From the NCBI GenBank assembly GCA_963695345.1, contig OY968769.1, positions 1,760,001 to 1,824,000 of the forward strand: 64,000 nucleotides of DNA, given 5' to 3'. This DNA is from an uncultured Methanomassiliicoccales archaeon. Its GTDB lineage: Archaea > Thermoplasmatota > Thermoplasmata > Methanomassiliicoccales > UBA472. Below, one piece after another: positions 63,339 through 64,000 of the stretch (position 1 is the stretch's first letter; the number at the start of each line of letters is the position of its first letter). Both the position numbers and the translations under genes were made by a program. The notes beneath the pieces are model-generated. The model searched no databases. It worked only from the letters and a program-made list of their open reading frames with translations, and was not told where the DNA came from.

Positions 63339-63962
63339 ATGAGAACACTGGTCTGTACCTATGGCTATCGTCAGGACAAGATAGTCAAGGCGATGAGGAC
63401 CATAGACCACAACGAGCTGGTGCTGGTGACCGGGGAGAAGAACACTGCCCGACCAGAATACTCGAAGATATTGGAGCTTGCCCGGAGCTTAGGCACTCCT
63501 GTGGAGACGGTGGTAGTGGACATTTTCGATTTCATCTCGTGTTTCTCCAGCATCGACGAGATCGTGCGCCAGAGGCAGGATGCCAATCACACGGTCGCGA
63601 TCAACATCAGCGGTGGGCTTTCCCTGCTCTCCGACGCCGCGATGATGGCGGCGCTCAATAATGGTTGCGAATCATACTATGTCGACGATGTGGTCAAGAG
63701 GATGCCGACAACGCTCCCAATATTGAAGGTGAATATTGGCGAAAGGCTTACCTCGATGCAGAAGGAGACCTTGCTGGACCTTAAGGAGGGTTCTCCGGTG
63801 GTCGTCTCAAGTACAATTGGGGATGCGCCTGAACCGCGTTTGCGGGCCTTGCGCGAGCTCAAAGAAATGGGGATGATATCCGTGGACCTGACAGGCGGAC
63901 AGGCGAGGATGTCCCTCACCCCGAACGGCCTTAGCATACGAGATTGGCTCCGGCGTCGTTGA
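63339..63962 (+). CDS. Second CARF-like + degenerate wHTH protein
   Basis: TLVCTYG, DIFDF, INISGG; C-terminal LRELKEMGMI...LTPNG. Confidence 0.75.
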   Translation: MRTLVCTYGYRQDKIVKAMRTIDHNELVLVTGEKNTARPEYSKILELARSLGTPVETVVVDIFDFISCFSSIDEIVRQRQDANHTVAINISGGLSLLSDAAMMAALNNGCESYYVDDVVKRMPTTLPILKVNIGERLTSMQKETLLDLKEGSPVVVSSTIGDAPEPRLRALRELKEMGMISVDLTGGQARMSLTPNGLSIRDWLRRR

Positions 63963-64000
63963 TCAAGGGGACCCGCGCATCATGGGCAGGACGTTGTCCA

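Overview
Archaeal chromosomal window, most consistent with Methanomassiliicoccales (Thermoplasmata). This is inferred from the archaeal r-protein set, DUF106-cmk-cbf5 after secY without L34e/L14e/adk, hypC, por genes and mptA. Bases 753-16539 are the large S10/spc-type ribosomal protein superoperon, preceded by a ~190-nt strongly structured leader. The rest holds a beta-CASP nuclease and PolB2 (iRadA-PPB2-PolB2) damage-repair locus, a DUF112/TctA membrane protein, a NodIJ-like ABC exporter and purine salvage genes with a Rieske ferredoxin. It continues with a TPD/CDIN1-like nuclease next to a Cas4-family nuclease carrying an internal transmembrane bundle, glmS/glmU, two KaiC/GvpD-like ATPases, glpABC and tRNA-iMet. 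Further on are rnhB, mptA, gatCAB, a bacterial-type AspRS, AlaX, glnA, porCDAB, ppsA, a CBS-ParB protein, tRNA-Asp and a tandem pair of CARF-wHTH genes. Many genes, including essential ones, carry single-base frameshifts (mostly insertions) that look like unpolished long-read errors, so genes were reassembled across them. No CRISPR array, rRNA or transposase was seen. All family calls are by motif recognition only; no database search was run.
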